NCBI GenBank assembly: GCA_009758405.1 | Contig: WSBC01000004.1 | Coordinates: 114,634-178,633 of the forward strand | Source of the DNA: Methanobacteriota archaeon | GTDB lineage: Archaea; Thermoplasmatota; Thermoplasmata; Thermoplasmatales; ARK-15 | Reading direction: 5' to 3' | Length of the DNA stretch: 64,000 nucleotides | Shown here: piece after piece, positions 18,197 to 28,923 of the stretch | How positions within the stretch are numbered: position 1 is the first letter of the stretch | Layout of the letters: every line of letters starts with the position of its first letter | The notes under the pieces: model-generated | Told to the model about the DNA's origin: nothing | Database searches by the model: none | The model's input: the letters and a program-made list of their open reading frames with translations, nothing else | Made by a program: the position numbers and the translations under genes

Positions 18197-19417
18197 ATGG
18201 CTTCTAAGGTTGATGGTGAGCAAAAAATTTACTGGGCAGAAAGCAGAATGGGCATTATATCCAAAATAAGGGAAAGATTCTCTAGGGAACTTCCATTTAA
18301 GGGTATAAGGGTAGGCATGGCCCTTCATCTAGAGGCAAAGACTGCAGTTCTTGCCAAAACATTAAAGGAGGGGGGTGCGGAGGTTTATATCACCTCATGC
18401 AACCCTCTCACCACCGATGATGATGTGGCAGTTGCACTTTCAGATCAACTACATGTTTATGGAAAGAGAGGGCAGACCAGAGATGAATATTATGAAAGCC
18501 TCAATAAAGTACTTGATTCTGAGCCAAATATAATAATTGATGATGGAGGGGATCTCACAACATTATTACACACTGAAAGGAAGTTGGAAATAATGGGGGG
18601 TAATGAGGAAACTACAACTGGTGTAATGAGACTAAAAATAATGGAGAAACAGGGTATTTTAAAATTCCCCATGTTTGATGTTAACGATGCAGAAATGAAG
18701 CATTTATTTGACAACAGGTATGGTACTGGCCAGAGTACTCTTGATGGTATAATGAGTACAACAAATATACTTATTGCTGGTAAAAATGTAGTAGTGGCCG
18801 GATACGGATGGTGTGGGAAGGGTATAGCAATGAGAATGAAGGGAATGGGGGCAAAGGTAACTGTTACTGAAGTAGACCCTGTAAAGGCGATTGAGGCACA
18901 TATGGATGGTTTTATAGTTAAAAAAATGGAGGAGGCAATAAAAGATGCGGATATTGTTGTAACAGCCACTGGGGTAAAGGATATTGTTAGAAAGGAACAC
19001 TTCCTAAAGGCAAAGAATGGTTGTATATTTGCAAATTCAGGACATTTTGATGTGGAAATAAACAAGAATGATCTTTCTTCAATCTCAAAGGAGAAGAAAA
19101 ATGTAAGAAAATATGTTGAAGAATATATTCTAAAAGATGGAAAAAAATTGTACCTTTTGGGGGAGGGTAGATTGATTAACCTTGTGGGTGGCCAAGGTCA
19201 TCCCGTTGAAATAATGGATCTTTCATTTTCCATTCAAGCATTAACTGCAGAATATATAGTAAAGAATCATTCAAATCTGGATAAGAAGGTCTATCCTGTG
19301 CCAAAGGAGATAGATAGAGGGGTAGCAGAAATAGCACTAAATATTTTTGGTATAGAAAAGGACGAACTAACTGAGGAACAAAAAGAGTACATAAACTCCT
19401 GGAATGTGGGAACATGA
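18197..19417 (+). CDS. ahcY: S-adenosyl-L-homocysteine hydrolase
   Basis: ~406 aa from ATG 18197; HLEAKTA, IIDDGGD, GNEETTTGV, FDNRYGTGQS, VAGYGWCGKG, GHFDVEI. Confidence 0.9.
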   Translation: MASKVDGEQKIYWAESRMGIISKIRERFSRELPFKGIRVGMALHLEAKTAVLAKTLKEGGAEVYITSCNPLTTDDDVAVALSDQLHVYGKRGQTRDEYYESLNKVLDSEPNIIIDDGGDLTTLLHTERKLEIMGGNEETTTGVMRLKIMEKQGILKFPMFDVNDAEMKHLFDNRYGTGQSTLDGIMSTTNILIAGKNVVVAGYGWCGKGIAMRMKGMGAKVTVTEVDPVKAIEAHMDGFIVKKMEEAIKDADIVVTATGVKDIVRKEHFLKAKNGCIFANSGHFDVEINKNDLSSISKEKKNVRKYVEEYILKDGKKLYLLGEGRLINLVGGQGHPVEIMDLSFSIQALTAEYIVKNHSNLDKKVYPVPKEIDRGVAEIALNIFGIEKDELTEEQKEYINSWNVGT

Positions 19418-20043
19418 GGTTTCTTGTAATGAGTGACCTTCATTCCATGGTAACACACTATATGTTAGAGGAGATTTCAAAGGAAGAGGATGCCGAGGCC
19501 GTTATACTCCTCGGAGATCTAACAAACTTTGGTCCAGCCGAATTCATTATGAATATTGCTGTTAAGGATTTACCAGTATTCGCAATTCCTGGCAACTGCG
19601 ATCCACCGGAAATACTTAACTATTTTTCTAAGGCAAATATGATCAATATGCATAAGAATTCATACTCCTTTTCTAGATTCAATTTGGTTGGTCTAGGTGG
19701 TGCCGATTACAGCTTTGTAAATCTTGGGATAGGATATACTGACGATTTTGCATATACGTTTCTTAAATCAAAAGTTGATGAAAATACAGTAGTAATGCTT
19801 CATCAACCACCATATGGTATTCTTGATAAGGTGCATGAAAGGCATACCGGAAACAGGGGAATAAGGAAGGCAATAGATGAAAAGAGACCTTTTCTCGTTA
19901 TTTCAGGGCATATACATGAGGAAAGGGGAATCATAAAAAATGAGAGTACTGTATTCTTTAACCCTGGTCCTGCAAAGGAAGGTTATTATGCAATCCTGGA
20001 TATAGATGACAAAAAACCTGAAATAAGGTTATTAAAAAGATGA
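19414..20043 (+). CDS. Metallophosphoesterase (calcineurin-like)
   Basis: 209 aa; MSDLHS, LLGDLTNFG, PGNCD, ISGHIHE; ATGA overlap with ahcY. Confidence 0.8.
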   Translation: MRFLVMSDLHSMVTHYMLEEISKEEDAEAVILLGDLTNFGPAEFIMNIAVKDLPVFAIPGNCDPPEILNYFSKANMINMHKNSYSFSRFNLVGLGGADYSFVNLGIGYTDDFAYTFLKSKVDENTVVMLHQPPYGILDKVHERHTGNRGIRKAIDEKRPFLVISGHIHEERGIIKNESTVFFNPGPAKEGYYAILDIDDKKPEIRLLKR

Positions 20044-20046
20044 TTT

Positions 20047-20811
20047 TTACCTTTTTTCAAGGTCCTCGCCACCAGAATATGTCAACTGTATATTGCTATA
20101 AACGTCCTCCATTCCCCTGAGATCCCTAGAGGAAACAAAAAGAGGTTTAAAATTAACCCCAAGTGATTCCATTGCCTTGAACATCTCCAGTGCATACTCT
20201 TTTATCATACTCTGCCTTTCTTGTCTAAGATCCATATAGAGGGTATCCACATCCTCAGACCAAGACCTGATTTTAAATATTTCAGAATCATCAAGGAGGT
20301 CTATCTTGTTAATTATGTTTACATATGGCAAATAAAATCTGAAAAAAACAGAAGCTGAAAGGGTGAGCAATGATACATATCCTGAAGGGGAAATTGCAAG
20401 CATTGGATCCATAATAAATGCCATATAACTCTCCCTTTCGGATAGACCTCTTATTATGAGATCGCTAGATGTTCTAAAGGCAAACAATTCTAGCTGCCCC
20501 GGGGTGTCTATTATTGCATAATCTGCATCCATTGAAACTATTTCTTCCCTAATTTCATCAATCTCTGATGCAATCAGATCTGATGCTAGTATTTGTGCAC
20601 CATTTGGTCCAAGAGAATATTCTTCCATGATGTCCTGAAGCTGGTACCAGTCCCTGACATCCACATCCGGTCTATAGGGTATGTTCTCAACCCCAGGGTC
20701 TAAGTTAACGGTAATTGCCTCATACTGATTATTTCTCATCCATTCCTGAAGGGCATAGGTGAATGTGGACTTCCCAGAGCCTGCAGGTCCTGTAACATAA
20801 ATATATATCAT
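20047..20811 (-). CDS. GPN-loop GTPase (PAB0955/Npa3 family)
   Basis: 254 aa; GPAGSGKST, NLDPG, LGPNGA, IDTPGQLE, NKIDLL; 4-nt overlap with the PolD large subunit gene. Confidence 0.85.
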   Translation of the reverse strand: MIYIYVTGPAGSGKSTFTYALQEWMRNNQYEAITVNLDPGVENIPYRPDVDVRDWYQLQDIMEEYSLGPNGAQILASDLIASEIDEIREEIVSMDADYAIIDTPGQLELFAFRTSSDLIIRGLSERESYMAFIMDPMLAISPSGYVSLLTLSASVFFRFYLPYVNIINKIDLLDDSEIFKIRSWSEDVDTLYMDLRQERQSMIKEYALEMFKAMESLGVNFKPLFVSSRDLRGMEDVYSNIQLTYSGGEDLEKR

Positions 20812-23800
20812 ATAAAATCCTCCAGTTTTTTTCCATTAGATTTCTGTTGTTGTTCCTCAACAAATAATGTTCTTATTGCTTGCTCTGCAAAAAGGAGTCT
20901 CTGCCTTGTATAAGTACTTATCTTATACTCCTCTGAAATATCCTTTGCTATATCTAAGTACTTAGTTATTCCGCCCTCTGATATTGTAAGAACTATGTTC
21001 CCTCCACATTCACATTTACCAGTTAGAGGCATCCTCCTGTACCTCCTGTTACATTTAGAACATCTGAATTCCTGAGTGCCATACTTTCTCATATTTCCCA
21101 TTATGTCTGGAATGAAATGGTGTGAAACAATTCTGTTTGCAACATCCTTAGCATCTACTGCTCTGATCTTTTTTGCAAGAAGAAGTTGTGCATTTGTTTT
21201 CTTTTCCATTTCACCAAGTGTTTTGTATGCGCTCTCCAGTACTCCAATATTAATGTTGTTTGTATCGTGTGTGAATCCATAATCAATATATTCCTTACCT
21301 TTACCGAGCCTTTCTTTTATTGTTTCCATTTTTGAATTTATTTCCGATGGCTTTGCATTTCTTATTGAGGCTTCAAAAAATTCTAATGGATAATTAAACA
21401 TTATATCAACATTCAATGCCTCCTTATCCACCTCTCTTGGATCAACCCTGAGGGAGAGGAAAAGTGGAGCATCCATTAGGCTACCTCTTGAGGAGGGAAG
21501 ATAGTGCCTTGAAAAGTTTATCAATGCATCCAACAATAGCATTACAGAGTCCTCATCCCCATCACAGTTTCTTCTCTTCGCAGCATGATAAAATGGATGA
21601 GCAAAACATGCCTGGGCATCAGTATAACCTATAATCCTTGCAAGTATTGCACCTGATGTATGTGGTGAAAGACCCATCACAAGATGACCTATTAGATCTT
21701 CAATATTCCTTGCTTTATAATATGGTTCAAGACCATAATACCTTTGAAGAAGATCATCTATAAACCTTGAGACGCTCAGTAGGTACTCACCACCCCTTTT
21801 AGAAATTATTATATCCTGAGGGAAAATCTGCAAAACCTGCCCACCATCCCTCAATTCATTGCCGTAAATATCCTTGGTATAACCAAGCTCTCTAGCCCTT
21901 TCAACTGACAAACCAATCTCACGTGGTTTAAAATGTGTAATTGCCAGGTTACTCATATCAAACCTGGATGTACCATCCTTGAAAACCCAGACATTATGCA
22001 TTGCTCTCAGTATTCCCTTCTCCAGTGGCTCGGGCAAACTTTCCCTTGAAATCAGGCCCTTTACACCCTTAACATCGAAATCATAATCTACTATCCCTAA
22101 GTTATCCAATGCTCTCCTGAACTCCTCAGCTATGGGTATTTCTATTTTTTCTGTTTTTCCAGTGAACACAGTTCTGGTACCGCATTTTTCGCACCTTACC
22201 TTATATGTCTTTCTTTTACACCTCGGGCAAACCCTTACTCCTGCTTCTACAGAAACTATCTCATTAGAATTTTCAGTCAACAATGAAATCGATCTTCTTT
22301 TACCGATTGTTTCACCAATTGGGAATAGCACATTCACTGGTGGTTTCATTTTTCTTTCCGCTGCCTTCTCGGGTCTCCCCATTCTTGCTCCTACTCTGGT
22401 AGGCGCTCTGGGCATCACCTTTATTCCAGAAAATTTTTCAAGTAATTCAAAAACATCCTTTACATCATTTTCCCACTTCATTTTCTCAATTATTTTTCCA
22501 TTATTTTCACCTAAACCTAGGAAATTTATCAACACATCTAAATATCTCTCAATTATATATCCATCTCTATCCCTGTGTAAAACTCCAAGTGTGCAAAGGA
22601 TCTCCTTAATTTCATCATTCCTTTTTAAAATCAGTCTTCCTTCCTCAATCCTTCCATTTGAGATTATATGATCCCTCAACTTCTTTAATTCCTCTAAGCT
22701 TATATCGTGCCAGAAAAGGTTGAAGTCAGGATGGATGGGTATTCCATATTTTTTTGAAATCTCATAGGCCTCACTAAATGTTATTTTATCTAACTTTCCC
22801 AATCCCTTGGATGAGGCAATTGCATTCCACCATTCACGTGTAAAGGATCCCCTTTTTAATGGATAATTGTTTTCAAGGAATTCACCAAATGGAATTAGAA
22901 TCTCGCCATTATCATATATCTTTACTACCCTTCTTGATATTTCCATTGCTTCTTTATATGTATTAACCTGAACAAGGTCACCATTATCTAGCAAAACTAT
23001 AGGACCCTCTATGCTATCACAAGAAGTTATACCTGCAGCCTTTCCAGGGAATTCCAATTTCAGCTGTGTACCTATTGCTATGAAGTTGTCCATCAACACC
23101 ATGGATGCGGGATTTATGGATACTGTGGCAAGACCTCCCGTCCTGCATCTTCCATATCTCAGCCTGAAACCGCCCTTCATATCGGAATGTGAAAAAACAG
23201 GTCTTCCTGCAACTATATCCTCAATATATCTCTCTGAGGATTCACTCAAGCTATCGGATTTCTCTTGCCTAATAAGATTATCAAGGAATCCCCATCCATC
23301 AACATTCATTTTTTCTACAATGCCCTTTAATTTCCTTGCCTTCTGTATTATACCCTCTGCTACAACCAGGCACATTCCGCCCCTTACCCTGTTTGTCTCA
23401 ATCCCTGGTAAGTCCCTGAAGCCTGACACCTCTGTATCCAATGTTCCCTCTCCATCTATGCACACTGGGCAATTTTTTATTGTTTCTTCAACCTCTGTTG
23501 TAGAGGGCTGGTATTGTAAATGCTCTACATTCCCATATATTTGTATCTCTTCTTTATATCTCTCCACAATCTCAGGTGTTGGTTTAAATTGCCCAAGACC
23601 AAGGTCCCTCCTCACAATATCACCTATCAGTACACTAAGTGCCTGAGCAGTACCACCTGCACCCCTTATGGGTCCTGAATAATAAATTGAAAGATATTCT
23701 GTTCCATCGGCGTTTTTCTTAATCTTTACATCAGTGATTCCCTCCAGTGGTGCCACCAATATGCCTTCTGTTAATATGGCAAGACCTATCCTCACTGCCA

Positions 23801-24083
23801 AATCAAGTGCCTTTATTCTATCCTCAGAAAATTTCTTTGCTATTTCCTTTGCAGCCATTATGCTTACTGTCTCCCTATCATATTTTTTTGAATATTCCCT
23901 TATGATATTTGCCACACCCTCTATACCAAATAATTTTTCAACCCTTGATGCTAGATCCTCCGCCATAGGAATTTCAACATGATCCTCTGGATCTTTACCC
24001 ATTTCCCTTGCTTTTTCAGCAATTTCATAACATTTTTTAGCGTTTTCTTCAAGATTTTTGAAATAATAATCCATATGGATCAC
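20808..24083 (-). CDS. polC: DNA polymerase II (PolD) large subunit DP2
   Basis: 1091 aa; Zn modules CPRCKRKTYKVRCEKCG and CSKCNRRYRRMPLTGKCECGG, GIRGAGGTAQ-type region (PIRGAGGTAQAL), NCDGDED catalytic motif; no intein. Confidence 0.9.
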   Translation of the reverse strand: MIHMDYYFKNLEENAKKCYEIAEKAREMGKDPEDHVEIPMAEDLASRVEKLFGIEGVANIIREYSKKYDRETVSIMAAKEIAKKFSEDRIKALDLAVRIGLAILTEGILVAPLEGITDVKIKKNADGTEYLSIYYSGPIRGAGGTAQALSVLIGDIVRRDLGLGQFKPTPEIVERYKEEIQIYGNVEHLQYQPSTTEVEETIKNCPVCIDGEGTLDTEVSGFRDLPGIETNRVRGGMCLVVAEGIIQKARKLKGIVEKMNVDGWGFLDNLIRQEKSDSLSESSERYIEDIVAGRPVFSHSDMKGGFRLRYGRCRTGGLATVSINPASMVLMDNFIAIGTQLKLEFPGKAAGITSCDSIEGPIVLLDNGDLVQVNTYKEAMEISRRVVKIYDNGEILIPFGEFLENNYPLKRGSFTREWWNAIASSKGLGKLDKITFSEAYEISKKYGIPIHPDFNLFWHDISLEELKKLRDHIISNGRIEEGRLILKRNDEIKEILCTLGVLHRDRDGYIIERYLDVLINFLGLGENNGKIIEKMKWENDVKDVFELLEKFSGIKVMPRAPTRVGARMGRPEKAAERKMKPPVNVLFPIGETIGKRRSISLLTENSNEIVSVEAGVRVCPRCKRKTYKVRCEKCGTRTVFTGKTEKIEIPIAEEFRRALDNLGIVDYDFDVKGVKGLISRESLPEPLEKGILRAMHNVWVFKDGTSRFDMSNLAITHFKPREIGLSVERARELGYTKDIYGNELRDGGQVLQIFPQDIIISKRGGEYLLSVSRFIDDLLQRYYGLEPYYKARNIEDLIGHLVMGLSPHTSGAILARIIGYTDAQACFAHPFYHAAKRRNCDGDEDSVMLLLDALINFSRHYLPSSRGSLMDAPLFLSLRVDPREVDKEALNVDIMFNYPLEFFEASIRNAKPSEINSKMETIKERLGKGKEYIDYGFTHDTNNINIGVLESAYKTLGEMEKKTNAQLLLAKKIRAVDAKDVANRIVSHHFIPDIMGNMRKYGTQEFRCSKCNRRYRRMPLTGKCECGGNIVLTISEGGITKYLDIAKDISEEYKISTYTRQRLLFAEQAIRTLFVEEQQQKSNGKKLEDFI

Positions 24084-24421
24084 TATTTCAAAAGATCGGA
24101 AATAAGTAGCTTGTCCCTTAATGAAGCCCTCACAATTATCTTCTTTGAAATGTATGCAGTAAGTGCATCAAGCTCCTTGTTTAAAATTTTATCAAACGTG
24201 TCCTTTTCTAATTCTATCTCAATATCTGGTTTGTCAAAAGGATCAACAAAGGCTAATTTTCCATTTTCTAAATAAAGATAATATTTCCCGTTATCCTTAA
24301 AATTTATGAATATTTTCCTCTTAAGATCCTTTATATCATCATATAGCCTTCTATCCTCTGATGATCTTTTGTTAAATTTTTCAACAAGTTCCTCAATCTT
24401 ATCCATCCATCTCACCATCAT
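24083..24421 (-). CDS. SCP2 (sterol-carrier-protein-2-like) domain protein
   Basis: 112 aa; ...DIEIELEKDTFDKILNKELDALTAYISKKIIVRASLRDKLLISDLL resembles the SCP2 C-terminal pattern. Sits between rnhB and polD-L with abutting or overlapping ends. Confidence 0.45.
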   Translation of the reverse strand: MMVRWMDKIEELVEKFNKRSSEDRRLYDDIKDLKRKIFINFKDNGKYYLYLENGKLAFVDPFDKPDIEIELEKDTFDKILNKELDALTAYISKKIIVRASLRDKLLISDLLK

Positions 24422-25046
24422 AAAATAAATCCAAACTTGTATTAATTTTTTTTAATGTACCCCATGACCTCCTTACTATGGGTGGGAATGATCCATTAAT
24501 TTTAAAATAATCTTTCAGAAATTTTATTGTCCTTGGATCAGATGGATATCCTGAGCCAAAATCACCATATACCTCCTTGAGCTTTTCCACTTCCCTATCC
24601 CTTATCACCTTTGCAACTATAGAGGCAGCTGAAACTATAGGAAAATCTCTATCCGCATGGTGCTTTGAAATTATTTTCGCTTGAACATGTGTATTTTTCC
24701 TTATAGTTTCAGCAAACCTTTCTTCATCAACGTCGGCCGCATCAACATAATATATATTTTCACCCAATTTATCTATGATCCTTGCAAAATACATAGCCTC
24801 AATATCATTCAATGTATATTCCTTTCTTAATCTGTCAATCTCATCTGGAGATAGAATCTCAATCTCATATGCGTTTGATAATTCAATTATTCTTGGATAT
24901 AATTTTTCCCTACTATTTCTTGAAAGAGCTTTAGAATCCTTTACCTTCAATGGAATAATCTTTTCTACTTCAGCACATAGGCCACATATTACCAAAGGGC
25001 CAATTACCGGCCCCCTTCCCGCCTCATCAATTCCACAATTTATCAT
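24399..25046 (-). CDS. rnhB: Ribonuclease HII
   Basis: 215 aa; GIDEAGRGPVIGPLV, DSKALS, ADVDE, ASIVAK; C-terminal PIP-like NTSLDLFY. Confidence 0.9.
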   Translation of the reverse strand: MINCGIDEAGRGPVIGPLVICGLCAEVEKIIPLKVKDSKALSRNSREKLYPRIIELSNAYEIEILSPDEIDRLRKEYTLNDIEAMYFARIIDKLGENIYYVDAADVDEERFAETIRKNTHVQAKIISKHHADRDFPIVSAASIVAKVIRDREVEKLKEVYGDFGSGYPSDPRTIKFLKDYFKINGSFPPIVRRSWGTLKKINTSLDLFYDGEMDG

Positions 25047-25420
25047 TTACCGGCATTCTCTTTAATTATCTCCTCTAGGTTATCTAGAACAAAGCTCAAC
25101 ACTATATCTGCTCTTGGATATATTTCATCCTCGGTAATCTCTTCTCCATAAAAGTCCTTTATTGCATTGTAAATGGATTCACCAATAACATCATCCGCTT
25201 CCATTCCCTTGGAAATATTCTCAAGAGCAAGATTTACTACCTTGTCCATAAATTTATCTGTTATTATAAATTCATCATTGGCTGATGAAAAGATACCGTG
25301 CCTTTCCATATCTAGTAAAAATGCAAGTGTAAATTCACTCAAAGTCTCCTCGAGAAAATCTATGTATTCATCCTTTTCGTTTTTTTCTGTCTTGGGTTTA
25401 TTTTGTCTTTTATTAGCCAT
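25043..25420 (-). CDS. Hypothetical acidic protein (125 aa), first gene of the rnhB-polD operon
   Basis: Basic N-tail MANKRQNKPKTEKNEK, then an acidic helical body; 4-nt overlap with the rnhB start; no family recognised. Confidence 0.5.
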   Translation of the reverse strand: MANKRQNKPKTEKNEKDEYIDFLEETLSEFTLAFLLDMERHGIFSSANDEFIITDKFMDKVVNLALENISKGMEADDVIGESIYNAIKDFYGEEITEDEIYPRADIVLSFVLDNLEEIIKENAGK

Positions 25421-25539
25421 GATTACTTAAATGGTTTTCCATATAAAACTTTTCCTATTCTTACATCGATGAAATGTTAAGAGGATTAAATCCATGAGGA
25501 TTTAGTTTCAATAATTTTTATGTGAAATCTTTATAGATA

Positions 25540-26217
25540 CTATTTCATTAAATATTCCTTTATTTCTTTTAAAAAATCAATAAATTCCTCTCTTTTAACC
25601 CTTCCAGTGTTTACATTCCTCGGGCTCGGGTGATAATGCATAAAAACTCTTACACCATTTATATCAATATATGATCCATTTACAAACTCATCCTTTATAT
25701 TAATCCCCTTCTCCCTATAATACATTTTGAGAGATTGGAATGCCACCCTTCCTAGAACTAAAATCGCCCTAAGGTTTCTCATAGTATCTATCTCGAATTT
25801 AAGATATGGCAGGCAATTTTTCATTTCTTCGGGTGTAGGTCTATCGTTTGGAGGTACACATTTTACAACAGCAGTAACATAAGTATCATAATATATTAAG
25901 CCATCTTCCCTACTAATAGAACTACCTTTATTTGTAAATCCAACCTCATAAAGGCAGGATACAAGAAATTCTGCACTCTTATCACCCGTAAATATCCTGC
26001 CAGTCCTGTTTCCACCTGTGGCTGCAGGTGCAAGACCTAGTATGAGAAACTTACCATTATGATCACCATAACCCGGTACGGGCTTGCTCCAGTAGTTTTC
26101 TCCAAAGTATCTATTTTTTCTTTCCGATACTCTTACCCTAAATTCAACTAACCTTGGGCATTTTTCACATCTTACAAGAAATTTATTCATTTCTTCAAGA
26201 TCCTTGAACATTTTCAA
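25540..26217 (-). CDS. udg: Uracil-DNA glycosylase, family 4/5 (Fe-S type)
   Basis: 225 aa; CEKCPRL, ILGLAPAATGGNRTGRIFTGD (A-P-A rather than G-E-x-P-G suggests the UDGb-like family 5), HPSPRN. Confidence 0.75.
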   Translation of the reverse strand: MKMFKDLEEMNKFLVRCEKCPRLVEFRVRVSERKNRYFGENYWSKPVPGYGDHNGKFLILGLAPAATGGNRTGRIFTGDKSAEFLVSCLYEVGFTNKGSSISREDGLIYYDTYVTAVVKCVPPNDRPTPEEMKNCLPYLKFEIDTMRNLRAILVLGRVAFQSLKMYYREKGINIKDEFVNGSYIDINGVRVFMHYHPSPRNVNTGRVKREEFIDFLKEIKEYLMK

Positions 26218-28175
26218 TAAAGCCTTATTGATTCAAGATTCCTTGGCGAAATTGAATTAAAACCAAATTTATAGCTAAAGGTACCCGCCAGGTATTCGCA
26301 ATTCTCATTATCACCATGACATGTAATTATCCTGTTTGGCTTTGGAGACATGGAGGTAATGTACTGTATAAGCTGTTTTCTATCCGCATGTCCAGAGAAT
26401 CCTTCAACAGTTATTACCTGAAGATTGATATCTATGTTCACCATGGTTCCCTTTCTTGGCAGGGAAACACTCTTTACACCAGATTGAATTTTTCTTCCCA
26501 AGGTTCCCTCTGCCTGATAACCTACAAATAAAAGTGCATTCTTAGGATCATCGGCAAGGTTCATAAAATATTCCAGTACTGGTCCACCGTTCATCATGCC
26601 TGAGGTGGCAAGTATTACGGCAGGTTCCTGGTCATCTATTATCTTTTCTCTTGTTTCCGATGTATCCACCCTAACAAATATATCTGAAAGGAATGGGTTA
26701 TCTGTTTTTTTAAACATCCTTTCCCTTAGATCTCGATTGAGATATTCTGGATAGGCAGCATGAATTGCAGTTGCTTCCCATATCATTCCATCTAAATATA
26801 CTGGTACCTTTGAAATTTCATTTTTCCTCATATAATCCTCAAGAACCACCATCACCTCCTGGCTCCTTCCCACTGCAAAAACAGGGATTAAAACCTTTCC
26901 CCTTCTGTTAATAACATCCTGGACAACATTTTTTAAATTTTCACTTGCCTCTTTCCTTGTGGGCTGAAAATTGTCCTTTCCACCGTAGGTGGATTCAATT
27001 ACCACAGTCTCAGCCCTAGGAAACCTGTTTGTAGCAGGAGAAAATAGCCATGTTTTCTCAAACTTTATATCGCCTGTTATTACAACATTATGAAGTCCCT
27101 CTCCTATGTGAAAATGTGCAACAGATGAGCCAAGAATATGACCAGCATTATGAAATGTTAATCTAACATCAGGTGTAATGTCCGTGGTTTCGCCATATTC
27201 AATAGTTATTGTTCTTTTAAGCATCTCTTTTATGTCCTTGAAATCGTAGGGTACCTTATTGCCTTCTGCATGTGCCAGTTTAATATAATCCATTTGTAAG
27301 AGAACTGCTAGGTCTCTGGTAGGAAGCGTTAAATAAACTGGGCCCTTGTAATTATACTTGTATAGAAAAGGTATGAGGCCTGAATGGTCAATGTGGGCAT
27401 GCGTAAGAACAACAGCATCAAGATATTTGAATGGATTATTTTCATTCTGAAACGCATCCTGTGACCATACCTCTGGAACATAGAGATATGGAATACCCGA
27501 CCAGGGCTCATTTCCTTGAACATTTGCCACATTTACCCCACAATCAACCAAAATCCTACTATTTCTTGTCATGAGAAGAGTGGCGGATCTCCCCACCTCC
27601 CTGTAACCACCTAGTGCAATTATTCTAACCCAGTTTTCTCCCTGTAACACAGGTCTATTCAATTTTTTTCCAATCTCCCTGAGGAACTCTCTTCTCATAT
27701 CCTTGTTTTCCTTGAGGAATTCTCTTACCTCTGTAACTATTCTGGATGGTATGGGGGGTGTTCTTATTACTTTGGGTGCCCATTTTATCCTCTTTTTAAT
27801 TTCATTTAATAAATAACCTTCCTTACCTATTACCAGACCTGGAGCTTCAGCAGCAATTACCACCTCACAGGTTTCAGGCTCAAAATAAATATCTGATACC
27901 CCTGCCTCAGGTGGAACAATCTTCATTATTTCCTCCCTTGCCTCATTCTCATCCATAAGAATTGATGGATCAGGCCTTATAGAAATTCTCCTCCTAATTT
28001 TTTGTGCTATTTGCTTTACAACATCAGGATTTTCAGTGAAAAAATCAATATCTTTAGTATAAACAACGATAATTGAGGCTTCAAAATCTATGCTAGTGAT
28101 GTTGATTGATGGTGCATATTCAAGAACGGCCATTTTCGTCTGTTCCAGTATATCCTCCCATTCTCCCGCAAACAT
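26214..28175 (-). CDS. aCPSF1: KH-domain beta-CASP metallo-beta-lactamase ribonuclease
   Basis: 653 aa; N-terminal KH-like GLVIGKEG, MBL motif THAHIDHSG, beta-CASP region, C-terminal HGD. Confidence 0.9.
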   Translation of the reverse strand: MFAGEWEDILEQTKMAVLEYAPSINITSIDFEASIIVVYTKDIDFFTENPDVVKQIAQKIRRRISIRPDPSILMDENEAREEIMKIVPPEAGVSDIYFEPETCEVVIAAEAPGLVIGKEGYLLNEIKKRIKWAPKVIRTPPIPSRIVTEVREFLKENKDMRREFLREIGKKLNRPVLQGENWVRIIALGGYREVGRSATLLMTRNSRILVDCGVNVANVQGNEPWSGIPYLYVPEVWSQDAFQNENNPFKYLDAVVLTHAHIDHSGLIPFLYKYNYKGPVYLTLPTRDLAVLLQMDYIKLAHAEGNKVPYDFKDIKEMLKRTITIEYGETTDITPDVRLTFHNAGHILGSSVAHFHIGEGLHNVVITGDIKFEKTWLFSPATNRFPRAETVVIESTYGGKDNFQPTRKEASENLKNVVQDVINRRGKVLIPVFAVGRSQEVMVVLEDYMRKNEISKVPVYLDGMIWEATAIHAAYPEYLNRDLRERMFKKTDNPFLSDIFVRVDTSETREKIIDDQEPAVILATSGMMNGGPVLEYFMNLADDPKNALLFVGYQAEGTLGRKIQSGVKSVSLPRKGTMVNIDINLQVITVEGFSGHADRKQLIQYITSMSPKPNRIITCHGDNENCEYLAGTFSYKFGFNSISPRNLESIRLY

Positions 28176-28204
28176 TATAACGCCTTCTATGGTTTAAAAT
28201 TAAT

Positions 28205-28840
28205 TTAGATTAACTTTAATTTTTTCATCCTTTTCTTAACTTCTTCATCATCAAGTTTTACAAATCCATCCTTTTCCGTTATTGTTGCAACATCAATACC
28301 ATCGCCAGATGCTGCATCCCTTTTCATTGCTGCACTGATTCCCCTAATTGCTAAATTTATTCCATCATCCAGTGTAATTTGATCGTTGTATGAATCTTCA
28401 AGAACACCGTATACAAATAAGGATCCTGATCCTGCGCTCACATATTTATCTTCAATAGAACCACCTGCAGCATCTAGTGAAAAAACATGATAACCCCTTG
28501 AATCATATCCACCAACTATAAGACTAACATAATATGGATAAAATTTACTTTGATTAAGTATATTTGAAAGCATAGTTGCAGCTGCCTGAACAGTCATGGG
28601 AACCTTATTTTTAAGCCTATAAAGCTCGGCCTCTGCCCTCAAATACCTTACAAGGACCTGCAGATCCCCCACAAGCCCTGCAGTAGTCATGCCAATATAT
28701 TTGTCTATCATAAACAACTTCTGCGTGATCTTGTGAGCAATAAAAGTATCCATTGTTGCCCTCCTCTCCGTAGCAAGTATTACTCCTTCCTTTGTCACAA
28801 TACCAACCGTTGTGGTACCAGTCTTTAATCTCTCTTCCAT
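28205..28840 (-). CDS. psmB: Proteasome beta subunit
   Basis: 211 aa; propeptide then [13 protein letters not shown]. Confidence 0.9.
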   Translation of the reverse strand: MEERLKTGTTTVGIVTKEGVILATERRATMDTFIAHKITQKLFMIDKYIGMTTAGLVGDLQVLVRYLRAEAELYRLKNKVPMTVQAAATMLSNILNQSKFYPYYVSLIVGGYDSRGYHVFSLDAAGGSIEDKYVSAGSGSLFVYGVLEDSYNDQITLDDGINLAIRGISAAMKRDAASGDGIDVATITEKDGFVKLDDEEVKKRMKKLKLI

Positions 28841-28889
28841 AAAAATTTCACCCTTTAAGAACTAGATAATTATATTATATTTAAAACTT

Positions 28890-28922
28890 ATTTTAAAAAA
28901 ATTAAAAATTTAAAAAAAGGGG
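28890..28922 (-). terminator. Oligo-T tract downstream of gdhA
   Basis: On the minus strand, T7 (28912-28918) begins 5 nt after the gdhA TAA stop, followed by further T5-T7 runs. Confidence 0.4.
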
Positions 28923-28923
28923 C

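Noticed and set aside
25421-25539. Intergenic spacer upstream of the replication operon, with a near-palindrome GGATTAAATCC..GGATTTAG, checked for an sRNA or regulatory hairpin.
   Set aside because: It has only a short A/T-rich palindrome and no C/D or H/ACA-like boxes. There is no GC-rich structured segment and no repeat elsewhere in the window.
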